Origin: Longimicrobiales bacterium
GTDB lineage: Bacteria > Gemmatimonadota > Gemmatimonadetes > Longimicrobiales > Gaopeijiaceae
Reading direction: 5' to 3'
DNA: 64,000 nucleotides
Assembly (NCBI GenBank): GCA_965238005.1
Contig: OZ250165.1
Coordinates: 3,808,001 to 3,872,000 of the forward strand
Part shown: positions 49,284 through 58,978 of the stretch, piece by piece
Layout: every line of letters begins with the position of its first letter
Position numbering within the stretch: position 1 is the stretch's first letter
The notes under the pieces: model-generated
The model's input: only the letters and a program-made list of their open reading frames with translations
What the model was told of the DNA's origin: nothing
Database searches by the model: none
Translations under genes and position numbers: made by a program

Positions 49284-50042
49284 TCACTGAACGTCGAAGC
49301 CGCTCTCCTCGAGCTCATGCGCATGCTCGGCCCGCTTCGCGTCCTCCTCGTCGACGACCTGGCCGTCGAAGAGGTGCACCGAGCGCTGCGCCACCGTGGC
49401 GTAACGCGGATCGTGCGTCACCATGCAGATCGTGGCCCCTTCGTCGTGGAGCTCACGCATCAGGTCCATGACCGCGTTGCCGTTCTTCGAGTCGAGGTTA
49501 CCGGTCGGCTCGTCCGCCAGCAGGATGAGGGGCTTGCCCACGATGGCCCGGGCCACGGCCACCCGCTGCTGCTGACCGCCCGAAAGCTGGCTGGGATAGT
49601 GGTTCGTCCGGTGGGCCATCCCCACCCGCTCCAACGACGCATGGACGCGCTCCTTGCGCTCGCTGCCGGCCATGCCGCGATAGGTGAGCGGGAGCTCGAC
49701 GTTCTCGTAGGCCGTCAGGTCGCCGATCAGGTTGAACGCCTGGAAGATGAACCCGATAGCCTGGTTGCGGATCTTGGCCCGCTGTGAAGCCGTGAGGTTC
49801 GCCGCCGGCTCGCCGTCGAGATGGTACTCACCGCCCGTGGGCGAATCCAGGAGCCCGAGGATCGACAGCAATGTGGTCTTCCCGCAGCCCGAAGGGCCCG
49901 CGATGGAGACGAACTCGCCCGCCGCGATGTTCAGATGAATGTCCGACAGAGCGTGGGTCTCCACCTCTTCCGTGTAGAACACCTTGCTCAGGCCGTTCAG
50001 GTGGATGAGGGGCGTGTCCTGTGTCGAATCGCTGGTTTCCAT
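49284..50042 (-). CDS. ABC transporter ATP-binding protein (MacB/LolD type)
   Basis: GPSGCGKT, IGFIFQ.FNL, LSGGQQQRV, LADEPTGNLD, VTHD. Confidence 0.95.
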   Translation of the reverse strand: METSDSTQDTPLIHLNGLSKVFYTEEVETHALSDIHLNIAAGEFVSIAGPSGCGKTTLLSILGLLDSPTGGEYHLDGEPAANLTASQRAKIRNQAIGFIFQAFNLIGDLTAYENVELPLTYRGMAGSERKERVHASLERVGMAHRTNHYPSQLSGGQQQRVAVARAIVGKPLILLADEPTGNLDSKNGNAVMDLMRELHDEGATICMVTHDPRYATVAQRSVHLFDGQVVDEEDAKRAEHAHELEESGFDVQ

Positions 50043-50184
50043 CCCTACTGCTTCTTCTCTGTGAACCGACTCGGGGGAGTCCCCCCCATGGTCATGACTC
50101 GGGTCACAAAATAGTCATGAACAGGGTCATAACTATAGACGAGATTTCACCGCCGGAAGTTGCATCCTTCGAAAAATCAGCGGA

Positions 50185-50265
50185 CCAGGCCCGGTAAACG
50201 CCCTCGAACGCGTCGGGGTCGCCCGCCTGAGCCCGGCGGACCATGCGGTCCACCAGGTTCTCGAA
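50185..50265 (-). pseudogene. Short remnant of an ECF sigma N-terminus
   Basis: MVRRAQAGDPDAFEGVYR resembles the ECF region 1.2/2.1 start; nothing follows. Confidence 0.45.
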
Positions 50266-50267
50266 TA

Positions 50268-50576
50268 TCAGCGGTCGGAGAGCCGGTACACGAAACGCAA
50301 GCTCGACCGGTCCTCGTCGACGCCGCACACCTTGTTGTCGACGAGTCCGGCCTCCAATCCCACGACCCGAACGTGGCTCCCGCGCAGGTCGGTCACGAAC
50401 AGGACGGCCACGTCGAGCGGGACGTCAGTGGCAGGTTCCGCCTCCACCCGGACGTCGTCGGGCAGTGTCGCCAGAAGGTCGGGAAAATGGGACGGGGCAT
50501 TGAAGGTGCCCACCCGGTGCCCCGCTTTGATCCCGAGCTTCCTGGCCAGTGGTGTTCCGGAGTATCCGACGCTCAC
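50268..50576 (-). pseudogene. DUF3052-family protein with probable internal deletion
   Basis: GYSGTPLARKLGIK start and GLVD.KVC.VD...S.L.FV.R end; central W..WPK segment absent. Confidence 0.7.
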
Positions 50577-50704
50577 GAGCGGCACGCATGTGTGGTCATG
50601 CGTCCATCGTACCGATGAGGTTGTCGCCGGTCCACTGTGCACATCGCACCTTCGCCTCCATACTAGAGGCCCGCCGCTGTACTCCTTCAACAGGCCTCTG
50701 ATGG

Positions 50705-51502
50705 ATGGAGTTACTCACCAGCCCTGAAGCGTGGGTCGCCCTGGCCACGCTCACGGTCCTCGAGATCGTTCTCGGGATCGACAACATCATCTTTATTTCC
50801 GTTCTCGCGGATCGACTCCCGCGCGAGCAGCGCCGGAAGGCTCGCCAGCTGGGCTTGGGCCTGGCGATGGCGACGCGGATCCTGCTGCTGCTATCCATCA
50901 CCTGGGTCATGCGGCTCACCGCGCCGCTCTTCACGCTGGTCCAGCACGCCGTGTCGGGGAGGGACTTGATCCTCATCGTGGGGGGCCTCTTCCTGCTCAC
51001 CAAGTCCACCCGTGAGATCCACGACAAGATGGAGGGGGAGGGAAGCGACGGGCACACCACCGGCGCCAAAGTGGCGACCTTCAAGGGAGTGCTGATTCAG
51101 ATCGCTATCCTGGACATGGTGTTCTCGCTGGACTCGGTGATCACTGCTGTGGGCATGGCAGACGACCTGGCGGTCATGGTCGTGGCGATCGTCCTGGCCG
51201 TAGGGGTCATGATGATATCGGCTGGACCCGTGGGAGACTTCGTCTCGGATCATCCCACGGTGAAGATGCTCGCCCTGAGCTTCCTCCTCCTCATCGGGAC
51301 CAGCCTGGTGGCCGACGGGGCGGGCTTCCACATCCCGAAGGGCTACATCTACTTCGCTATGGGCTTCTCGGTTTTCGTGGAGTTCCTGAATCTCCGTGTG
51401 CGCCCGGCGAGTGCGGAGGGCCAGCGGGCGGGAGACGGACACGGGGAAGCGCCCCATCCCCCCGACGTGCAAGGGGCGACGGCCAGCGGCGGAGAGGGCT
51501 AG
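50705..51502 (+). CDS. TerC family integral membrane protein
   Basis: LE.VLGIDN, GRDLIL..GGLFL..K, D.VFSLDSVITAVG, PKGYIYFAM.FS. Confidence 0.94.
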   Translation: MELLTSPEAWVALATLTVLEIVLGIDNIIFISVLADRLPREQRRKARQLGLGLAMATRILLLLSITWVMRLTAPLFTLVQHAVSGRDLILIVGGLFLLTKSTREIHDKMEGEGSDGHTTGAKVATFKGVLIQIAILDMVFSLDSVITAVGMADDLAVMVVAIVLAVGVMMISAGPVGDFVSDHPTVKMLALSFLLLIGTSLVADGAGFHIPKGYIYFAMGFSVFVEFLNLRVRPASAEGQRAGDGHGEAPHPPDVQGATASGGEG

Positions 51503-52074
51503 TTGCTTACGCCCGCTTCACCCTCGGCGGACACGTTGAAACGGACCCACATGCCGGTGACGGCATGTCCGGGGATGTAGCACACCATGGCGTACTCCCC
51601 GGCGACGTCGGCCGTGAAGGTGAAGGACTCGCTCTCCCCCGGCATCGTCGCCTCCTGCATGGACGTGGGCGTGCTGCTGACGGCTCCGCTGAACGCCGGT
51701 CGAGGATCGGTGAACATGGCGGGGAAGTCGCCCACCTGCGCATCGATCCCGACGCTGTGCGCCATGGCGGGGTCGTCGTTGGTGAGCTCCACGGTGACCG
51801 CGTAGCCCACGGGCACGGTGATCGTCCTCTCACCCCCCGCCATGCCGTTGAACTTCCACCCGCCATCCATCTGGGCGGCCATGTGCAGATCGACGGTCCT
51901 GGCGTCGTTGTCGATGTGGTACCAGTCGGGCACCCCGCTTTCGGTGGCGGCGGCTGCCGGAGCCTCGGCCGGCTCCGAGGCGGCGGGCGCGGAGTCGGGG
52001 GAGTCGGAGCCGCCACAGGCCACGAGCCCGGCGGAGATGAGGGCGGTCAGGCCCAGCTTCGAGGAGCGCTTCAC
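51499..52074 (-). CDS. Blue-copper (sulfocyanin/rusticyanin-like) lipoprotein
   Basis: Lipobox LVAC; His in MAHS and CYIPGHAVTGM type-1 copper ligands. Confidence 0.85.
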   Translation of the reverse strand: MKRSSKLGLTALISAGLVACGGSDSPDSAPAASEPAEAPAAAATESGVPDWYHIDNDARTVDLHMAAQMDGGWKFNGMAGGERTITVPVGYAVTVELTNDDPAMAHSVGIDAQVGDFPAMFTDPRPAFSGAVSSTPTSMQEATMPGESESFTFTADVAGEYAMVCYIPGHAVTGMWVRFNVSAEGEAGVSN

Positions 52075-52281
52075 GATCCGTATCCTGTCTCGACGGTGGA
52101 CGGGCGGCGGGGGGGGCCACCGGCCCTCGGCACGGGGACACCCAAAAGTATCCAAGCCGCAGTACGGAAGTAAGACGCCACAACTAGAGGCCGGGGGTTC
52201 CCGGGGCCGAAACGGCCCCACAACAGAAAAAGGACGCCGCCTCGAAAGGCAGCGCCCCCAGAAAGGCTGGAGAACTCGGCT

Positions 52282-52403
52282 CTAGTGTTCCGTTTCCGAA
52301 GTTCGCGAGCCACCAAGAGGGCCGGGGCGCCGTGGGATTAAGGCGGGACGACGCGGCGTAGCGCAAGCGGGCACCGCGCGAAGCGTGGTTGCAAGGAGTC
52401 CCA
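52282..52403. mobile_element. Truncated second copy of the MITE at 21225
   Basis: First ~120 bp nearly identical to 21225-21345 including the left TIR; no right TIR seen. Confidence 0.85.
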
Positions 52404-52569
52404 CGGCCGGGACGATTTGCGGGCGGTCCATCGGGAGTGCCTCCTCGGCCATCTGCCGAAGGAGCTCGGCCACACGATTATCCCCTTCACTCGACCCGAC
52501 TGGCCGCGAGGAAGGTTGCGTCGGGGTCACATCGCTTGACAGCCGTCGGGCGCGGTTGCACGCTGCGGG

Positions 52570-53703
52570 ATGCCTGACCCAGCCACGAACGCCCCGGACG
52601 GCGGTGCTCCCGCTCCGAGCCTCTTTCAGCGGTATCTCCTCCCCGGTTTCATCTTCCAGTCGGTGGTGATCGCCGGAGGGTACGGCACCGGACGGGAGCT
52701 GGCCGAGTTCTTCCTGCCCTACGGCCCCACGGGTGGGCTCATGGCCATGATGCTCGTGTCCATGACGTTCTGGTCGCTGGTGTGCGCCGTAGCCTTCGAG
52801 TACGCACGGGTCTTCCAGGCCTACGACTACCGATCGTTCTGCCGGCACCTGCTCGGGCGTGGCTGGGTCGTCTTCGAGCTGACGTACTCGGTCATGCTGA
52901 TCGTCGTCCTGGCGGTCATCGCCTCGGCGGCGGGCTCCATCCTCCAGGAGACGTTCGGGCTCCCCTACGCTGTGGGGGTCGTCGGGATCATGATCGCCAT
53001 CGGCTTCCTGGTCTTCGAGGGCACCGGGCTCATCGAGAAGGTGTTGGCCAGCTGGTCCTTCGTGCTCTATGGCACGTTCATCGTCCTGTTCGCATGGTCG
53101 CTGTCGGCTTTCAGCTCGGAGATCACGACGGCCTTGAGGACCATCCCCGTAGGCGACGGCTGGTTCGTCGGGGGGATTGACTACGCGTCCTACAACGTGG
53201 CCCTCATCCCCGTCCTGCTCTTCGGAGTGCGGCACGTGAGCACGAGAAAAGAGGCGTTGATCGCCGGAGGCCTCGCCGGACCCATCGCCATGATCCCCGG
53301 CTTCTTCCTGCTTCTGGCCATGGTCGGCCACTACCCCGAGATCGCAGACGAGACCGTGCCCGTGAACTACATCCTCGAAAGGCTGGGCTCACGGGGCTTC
53401 CAGATCGCGTTCCAGGTATGCCTGTTCGGGACCCTGATCGAGACCGGCACGGGCATGATCCACGGTGTGAACGAGCGCCTGGCCCAGACAGTCGCCGAGC
53501 GGGGACGCGAGCTTCCCACCGCGGTGCGCCCGGTGGTGGCCGTGACGCTCCTGATCATCGGCGCACTCCTGGCCCAGTTCGGGCTGATCAGCCTCATCGC
53601 CCGGGGCTACGGCACGCTCACGAGAATCTTCCTGGTGGTGATCCTGCTCCCGCTCCTGACCTGGGGCGTGTGGCAGCTGGCCAAGGCGGGTGAGGAGGGC
53701 TAG
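52570..53703 (+). CDS. YkvI-like multi-pass membrane protein (putative transporter)
   Basis: SV.I.GGY.TGREL.EFF, Y..YN motifs; about ten TM helices. Confidence 0.78.
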   Translation: MPDPATNAPDGGAPAPSLFQRYLLPGFIFQSVVIAGGYGTGRELAEFFLPYGPTGGLMAMMLVSMTFWSLVCAVAFEYARVFQAYDYRSFCRHLLGRGWVVFELTYSVMLIVVLAVIASAAGSILQETFGLPYAVGVVGIMIAIGFLVFEGTGLIEKVLASWSFVLYGTFIVLFAWSLSAFSSEITTALRTIPVGDGWFVGGIDYASYNVALIPVLLFGVRHVSTRKEALIAGGLAGPIAMIPGFFLLLAMVGHYPEIADETVPVNYILERLGSRGFQIAFQVCLFGTLIETGTGMIHGVNERLAQTVAERGRELPTAVRPVVAVTLLIIGALLAQFGLISLIARGYGTLTRIFLVVILLPLLTWGVWQLAKAGEEG

Positions 53704-55478
53704 TCCGAGATGGGCCGCTCGTCCGGCATCCGGTAGCCGGGGCCCCGGACGATCATGCCGGGCTTGGCCCCTGTGTGCTGGCCGTCCCTGACGACACCTA
53801 CACCGTTCACGAACACGTCGCGTATCCCCTCCGAGACCTGGTGAGGCTCGTCGAAAGTGGCTCGATCGATGATCGTCTCGGGGTCGAAGACGACGATGTC
53901 GGCGTAGAAGCCTTCCCTGAGCAGACCGCGATCCCGGATGGAGAGCCGGGTGGCCACCGCCGAGCTCATCTTGCGGATGGCGTCCTCCAGGGGCACCACG
54001 CCTTCCTCACGCACGTATCGTCCCAGGATCCTGGGGAAGGTCCCGTAGGATCGCGGATGGACGAGGGCCTGGGTCGTCTCCGGATTCACCCCTCCGGCGT
54101 CCGTCCCGAACTTTATCCACGGCTGCTGGATCTGGAGCTTGATGTTCTCCTCGCTCATGAGGAAGTAGATGGTGCCAACGCGCTGACGCTCGTCCAACAC
54201 CAGGTCCATGGCCGTGTCGATCCAATCCCTCCCCATCTCTGCCGCGATGTCGTCCAGGTAACGGCCCGCGTACTTCCTGTTCTCCGGCTTGTCGAACCCG
54301 AGGAGGAGCGCGCCCTCCGGGGTCGCCAGGCTGCAGAGGTTCTCCCAATCCTCCGTCTGGTTCTGGATCTCGGCGCGGATGCGTTCCCGCATCTCGTCAT
54401 CGGCCAGGTTCTCGAAGAGTCTCCCGTTCGCCGAGGCCCAGGGAGGGAAGCAGGCGGTCAGACCGGTGCTCCCGGCCACGTACGGATACATGTTGGCCTG
54501 CACGTCCACTCCCGCCGCCCTGGCCGAGTCGATCTTGGCTATGGCCTGCGCGGCCTTGGGCCAGTTGCGGCGACCACCGGCCTTCAGATGGTAGATCTCC
54601 ACGGGCACCCCACCTCGCTCGCCGATCTCGATGGCCTCGTCGACGGCCTCCAGGAACCGGTCCGCCTCGGAGCGCATGTGCGTGATGTAGACGCCGCCGT
54701 AGCCCCCCATCGCACCTGCGATCTCCCCCAACTCCGCCGTGGAGGCGAAGTTGCCCGGCGGATAGATGAGGGCCGAGGCGATGCCGAAAGCCCCGTCCTC
54801 CATGGCCCGCCGCACGACCTCCTTCATGGTGTCCAGCTCGGCAGGGGTGGCCGCCCCCATCCGCATTCCGGCGGCGTAGGTCCGAACCGTGCTCGCCCCC
54901 AGGAACGAGCCCTGGTTCACCGACGTGCCGTTGCTCTCCATGGCACGCAGCCAGGCATCGAATCCGTGCTCCCCCGCGAAGGTCCGGGCCAGGCGGTCGG
55001 CCTCGGACTCGTCGTCACTGGCCGCCCCAAGGCCGGCAGGGTTCACGGGGGCGTTCGTGCTGCCCTCACCCATGATCTCCGTGGTGATCCCCTGCGTGAC
55101 CTTGCTGATGACGCGTCCGTCGCCCTGGAGGAAGGCGTACCGGGAGTGGCTCTGGATGTCGATGAAGCCGGGGGCGACCACGTGTCCGAAGGCGTCGACG
55201 CGCTCGGTGGCCGATGCGCGCCGCAGCATACCCCGAGGCGCGATCCGTGCGATGCGGCCGTCCTTCACCGCCACTTCACCGTAGAACCACGCGCTCCCGG
55301 TGCCGTCCACGATCCGCCCGTTCTCGATGACCAGGTCGTACTCCACCGCGGGGGCCGGCTCCGCGGGAGGCTCCGGGGCCGGACGAGGAACGGCCACGGC
55401 CGGAGGAGGCGTGCTGCCTCCACACGCGGAGAGCGCCAGGGCCGTGAGGAGGAGGGCGAACGGTCGCGAACGAGGCAT
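53700..55478 (-). CDS. N-acyl-D-amino-acid deacylase family amidohydrolase, lipoprotein
   Basis: Lipobox LSAC; APGFID.QSH, QG.TT, L.YPPG, THMR.E, HPR.YGTFPR.LG, ADIVVFDP. Confidence 0.88.
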   Translation of the reverse strand: MPRSRPFALLLTALALSACGGSTPPPAVAVPRPAPEPPAEPAPAVEYDLVIENGRIVDGTGSAWFYGEVAVKDGRIARIAPRGMLRRASATERVDAFGHVVAPGFIDIQSHSRYAFLQGDGRVISKVTQGITTEIMGEGSTNAPVNPAGLGAASDDESEADRLARTFAGEHGFDAWLRAMESNGTSVNQGSFLGASTVRTYAAGMRMGAATPAELDTMKEVVRRAMEDGAFGIASALIYPPGNFASTAELGEIAGAMGGYGGVYITHMRSEADRFLEAVDEAIEIGERGGVPVEIYHLKAGGRRNWPKAAQAIAKIDSARAAGVDVQANMYPYVAGSTGLTACFPPWASANGRLFENLADDEMRERIRAEIQNQTEDWENLCSLATPEGALLLGFDKPENRKYAGRYLDDIAAEMGRDWIDTAMDLVLDERQRVGTIYFLMSEENIKLQIQQPWIKFGTDAGGVNPETTQALVHPRSYGTFPRILGRYVREEGVVPLEDAIRKMSSAVATRLSIRDRGLLREGFYADIVVFDPETIIDRATFDEPHQVSEGIRDVFVNGVGVVRDGQHTGAKPGMIVRGPGYRMPDERPISD

Positions 55479-55657
55479 GGAGACCTCCGGCGATGGGTTC
55501 TCGGTCACGTAAGAGCCGTTGGAGCTGTGACGTGCTCGGATCCAATAGTACGGGGCAAGACGCTACCGCACACCCGCAAGGTTCGGGCCGGGGGGCGGGC
55601 GCGCTCGATCCGAAGTGGCAGGGTATCTGGGCCGGTGGGATCGGCGGCGGCGTGGGC

Positions 55658-56809
55658 TCACCGGTACCCGTAGTAGATGCGCCCCTCGGGTGGAGCCGGC
55701 GGTGGTGGGGGCGTCCAGCGCCCGGACTCGTAGTCCATCCAGCGCTCGAAGAGCCGCGCCGAGTACGTCGAACCGGCATCCGGGTCCAACCCTCGCAGTA
55801 CCTCGCCCATGACCGACGAGTATCCCGCCCGGGATACCCCGATGAGAGCCGTCAAGCCATCGTAGGCTTCTCCGAAGTCCGCGGCGGTGAAGGTGACGGC
55901 TCCGTCGTCGTAGCGGATCCCCGGTACGCCTGCCAGTGCGGCCAGGGAGGCCGGTGGCACGGCGTGCAGCGTCGCATCGATGGGTGCCGTGACCCTCATT
56001 GCCCGCGAGCTCGACAGGCCCTCGAGGGCCGCCCTGGCCTCGGCGCGAAGCTGGGCCCGGACGTCCTCAACGGGGTAAGGATCGGCCGTGGACGCGCTCG
56101 TGGCCTCCTTCACCGTCACGTAGCGGATCCAGGGCATGGTGGCCAGGTCGGCGGCGAGCCTGTCGTCGCCGGACGCGAAGATGACGGGCACGCCCACACG
56201 GCCCCAGGAGAGGGCAACGATCTCGGTCTCGGTGACGCTCTGCCCGTTGAGAAGGATTTCGATCCCGAGCGTGTAGGTATGGGATGCGAACCCACGGCTG
56301 CCGGTCTTGGCGTGCATGCCCACCACCGCGATGGCATCGAAGGCCCCCTGTTCGACGATGTCGACGTACGCCTCGAAGGGCTCGGGCCGCCCGAGCATCT
56401 CGGCCCGGGGGTCGAGGCGGTCGAGGATGATGTCCGGTTCCGGGTTTCCACTACCGTGGCCGTCCACCACCTGGACCACATCCGCCCCTCCATCGAACAG
56501 GCCGTCGATGACGGCGTTCACGTCACCGATCAGGTACTCTCTGCCCTGTGGATAGAACTCGGTGTTTCGGTATAAGAACGTGCGGTGGTCGGACTGACCG
56601 GAAAGTCCTTCCATGTCGTGGAGGACCAGCACCCGCAGCTCACTGTCGTCGTCGGGTGCCGGGTCGACTAGAGCCCAGGGCTCCCGGTCCGAGGCGGCCG
56701 ACGTGTCGCGCTCCTCCTCCGATTCGATAGTACAGCCAATGAAGGCCAGGGCGGCAAGAAGGGGCAAGGCGGCCAGAGGGGTTGGGGCCCAGGGTGCTCG
56801 GAATGTCAT
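55658..56809 (-). CDS. M55 family D-aminopeptidase (DppA-like), lipoprotein
   Basis: FIGC lipobox; DMEG.SG, DGHG.G, GMHA, SHT, SGDD, VKE. Confidence 0.85.
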   Translation of the reverse strand: MTFRAPWAPTPLAALPLLAALAFIGCTIESEEERDTSAASDREPWALVDPAPDDDSELRVLVLHDMEGLSGQSDHRTFLYRNTEFYPQGREYLIGDVNAVIDGLFDGGADVVQVVDGHGSGNPEPDIILDRLDPRAEMLGRPEPFEAYVDIVEQGAFDAIAVVGMHAKTGSRGFASHTYTLGIEILLNGQSVTETEIVALSWGRVGVPVIFASGDDRLAADLATMPWIRYVTVKEATSASTADPYPVEDVRAQLRAEARAALEGLSSSRAMRVTAPIDATLHAVPPASLAALAGVPGIRYDDGAVTFTAADFGEAYDGLTALIGVSRAGYSSVMGEVLRGLDPDAGSTYSARLFERWMDYESGRWTPPPPPAPPEGRIYYGYR

Positions 56810-56954
56810 GCTCCAACGCCTCTCGGTGTGGGGGATCCGGCAGTCGGAGCATCATACGGACGAACGACCCCCGGAGCCACGCCGGCGCCCGAGCAATGAT
56901 CCACGGCGTGGCGCGAGCTTGCACGCTGCGTCTTTCGCACAGAAGCTTGCCACC

Positions 56955-57656
56955 ATGACAACAGGACTTATGAGCCGCGAGCACTTCGACGAGTCTGATC
57001 GAGCTGGCCGTGAGCAGAAGGGGCTGGCTCCGATTCCGTGGCAGAAGAGGATGCTGGACGTCGCTCTTTCCTTGGGCCTTCTCCTCTTGTTCTCGCCCCT
57101 GATGGTGCTGGTTGCCGTGATGATCCTGGTGGAGGGACTCGTCCGACCCGCGAGCAAGGGCCCGATCCTCCTCTCGGAGCCTCGGGGTTCGGAGGGGAGG
57201 GTCTTCAGAATCCCCAAGTTCCGAATCATCCGGATGGATGCGTACCGGAGGGTGTCCAAAGAACCGAAATACCTTCACATCAAGCCGATAGAACGGGTGC
57301 CGGAAAACCTCACGACGGTAGGCGGCTTCTTGAAGAAGTTCTATCTCGATGAGCTTCCTCAACTCTTCTCGATTCTAAAGGGTGACATGAGCTTCGTGGG
57401 TCCCCGGCCCTGGCCGCTCGAGCCATACTACGATGAGCTCGAGCGCGGCATCCTCAGGAAGAAGCTGATCAGGCCCGGGCTGACGGGATTGGTTCAGGCG
57501 AACAAGGGAAACCCCGACTCGCGCGATGAGTGGACCCTCGACTACGTCTACATCGGATTCATGGCGTCGAGCCGAAGCGGTTGGGTGAAGCTCGGGCTCG
57601 ACCTCAAGATCCTGTTCCGGTCTCTCAGGACCGTCCTTCAGGCCAGGGGCCTCTAG
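56955..57656 (+). CDS. Bacterial sugar transferase (priming phosphoglycosyl transferase family)
   Basis: KR.LD, KFR, LDELPQL..ILKGDMS.VGPRP, PGLTGL.Q, D..Y. Confidence 0.9.
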   Translation: MTTGLMSREHFDESDRAGREQKGLAPIPWQKRMLDVALSLGLLLLFSPLMVLVAVMILVEGLVRPASKGPILLSEPRGSEGRVFRIPKFRIIRMDAYRRVSKEPKYLHIKPIERVPENLTTVGGFLKKFYLDELPQLFSILKGDMSFVGPRPWPLEPYYDELERGILRKKLIRPGLTGLVQANKGNPDSRDEWTLDYVYIGFMASSRSGWVKLGLDLKILFRSLRTVLQARGL

Positions 57657-57708
57657 AGGCCCGCGGTGCTCGCTGGGGATTGACTCGGAGACATATACCG
57701 GTGGCTGG

Positions 57709-58320
57709 TCAGGCTTCCGAGGTAGCCACCTCCACGAGGCCGCGCTCTCGCCTCGGCAGCTTGGCAACCATCGCCAAAGCTTCCTGTCGGCCCGCGTCCG
57801 ACATCTTGGCCCACGTTCGTCGGAGGATTCCCACCATCTTCTCGTCGTCGTGCTTCCGCGCGAGCTCGACGAACTCGTTCTCGAAGAACACCATACAGAT
57901 GGCGTCCTCGAAGAGCTGGACCTCGGGGTCACGCCCGAGTCCGATCTTGCGGAGGAGCGTCTCGACGCGGACGACGGTCGCCTCTTCGTACCCCACCTCC
58001 TCGAGCACTTCACGCGCGATCTCCGCGTGTATTCTGGACAGGTCGCTTCGCCAGCGGCGATACCCCCGACGACCCGCTTCGTACTCGCTCCGGGGCACCT
58101 TCCAGCGCCGAATGTGCTGACACGCGGCCGCGAGGCGAAGAGGAACGGAAGCCTCGGCATCGAAGTGGAGGACCCAGTGCGCCAGGCGCCGATGGTAGTG
58201 GACGGACCACGGAGTTTCGGCGCCCTCCACTGCGAAGGAGCGGGGGTCCTCCCGGTGGGCGGCTTCGAAGCGCGCGATCGCCCCCCCTAGACGCGGATCA
58301 CACTTCGCTTCTTCGCTCAC
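57709..58320 (-). CDS. DUF4202 domain protein
   Basis: H.EDP, L.LAA..QHI.RW..PRS.Y..GR.GY..WR, Q..ED..C.VF, TW.KMS. Confidence 0.85.
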   Translation of the reverse strand: MSEEAKCDPRLGGAIARFEAAHREDPRSFAVEGAETPWSVHYHRRLAHWVLHFDAEASVPLRLAAACQHIRRWKVPRSEYEAGRRGYRRWRSDLSRIHAEIAREVLEEVGYEEATVVRVETLLRKIGLGRDPEVQLFEDAICMVFFENEFVELARKHDDEKMVGILRRTWAKMSDAGRQEALAMVAKLPRRERGLVEVATSEA

Positions 58321-58363
58321 GTCCTCCCCCTAGGCTCCGCCGTCCGACTGTCTCGCCCCGGGC

Positions 58364-58978
58364 CTACGGTCTGGGCACCGCGAGTTGGCCCAGGAGCTCA
58401 TCGACGGTCGGGGAGCTCGGCGTCGTGATCGCCACCACGAATGGCTCCTCGGGGCCCGACACCATGTCGAAGCTCGCGTCTCCGTCCCCGTAGAGTGCCT
58501 TCACGTACTTCTCCAGCGCCGGCCGCACGGCGGCGAACGTCCCAGCGTCGCTGGGCGCCCGGAGCCGGTCGTAGATCCCGAACTCCACCTCGCTCGTACG
58601 GAACCGGTACCGCTCCTCCAGGGCAGGGTCGCTCTCCAGGAGCGACGCGGCCTGCAGCACGGAGCGGAAGGCCCGCGCGATCCCCTCCTCTTCCGTGGCT
58701 TCGGCCTTCCGGCGACCACGATACCGGAGCCCCGGGCGACCGGCGCGCATATCGAAGTAGTAGTGGGCCGTATCGCAGATCAGGACGATGCCGGGGCCCT
58801 TCGGCACGTGCTCGTAGCTCGCCACGTCGATGAGGAGCTCGTCCTCGAGAAGGCTCTCTCTGATCCACCGGTGAAAAACGGGGATCAGCTCCTTCAGACG
58901 CACGCCGGAGGGATCGTCGACGAAGAGCTTGACGCTGATCTCCGACGACGCGAGGGGTCGCAGGGGCTCCTCGGTCAC
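58364..58978 (-). CDS. Hypothetical protein translationally coupled to the sulfite reductase
   Basis: GTGA overlap; IPVFH.WI, LIDVA.Y.HV..GPG, DRL.AP motifs. Confidence 0.8.
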   Translation of the reverse strand: MTEEPLRPLASSEISVKLFVDDPSGVRLKELIPVFHRWIRESLLEDELLIDVASYEHVPKGPGIVLICDTAHYYFDMRAGRPGLRYRGRRKAEATEEEGIARAFRSVLQAASLLESDPALEERYRFRTSEVEFGIYDRLRAPSDAGTFAAVRPALEKYVKALYGDGDASFDMVSGPEEPFVVAITTPSSPTVDELLGQLAVPRP

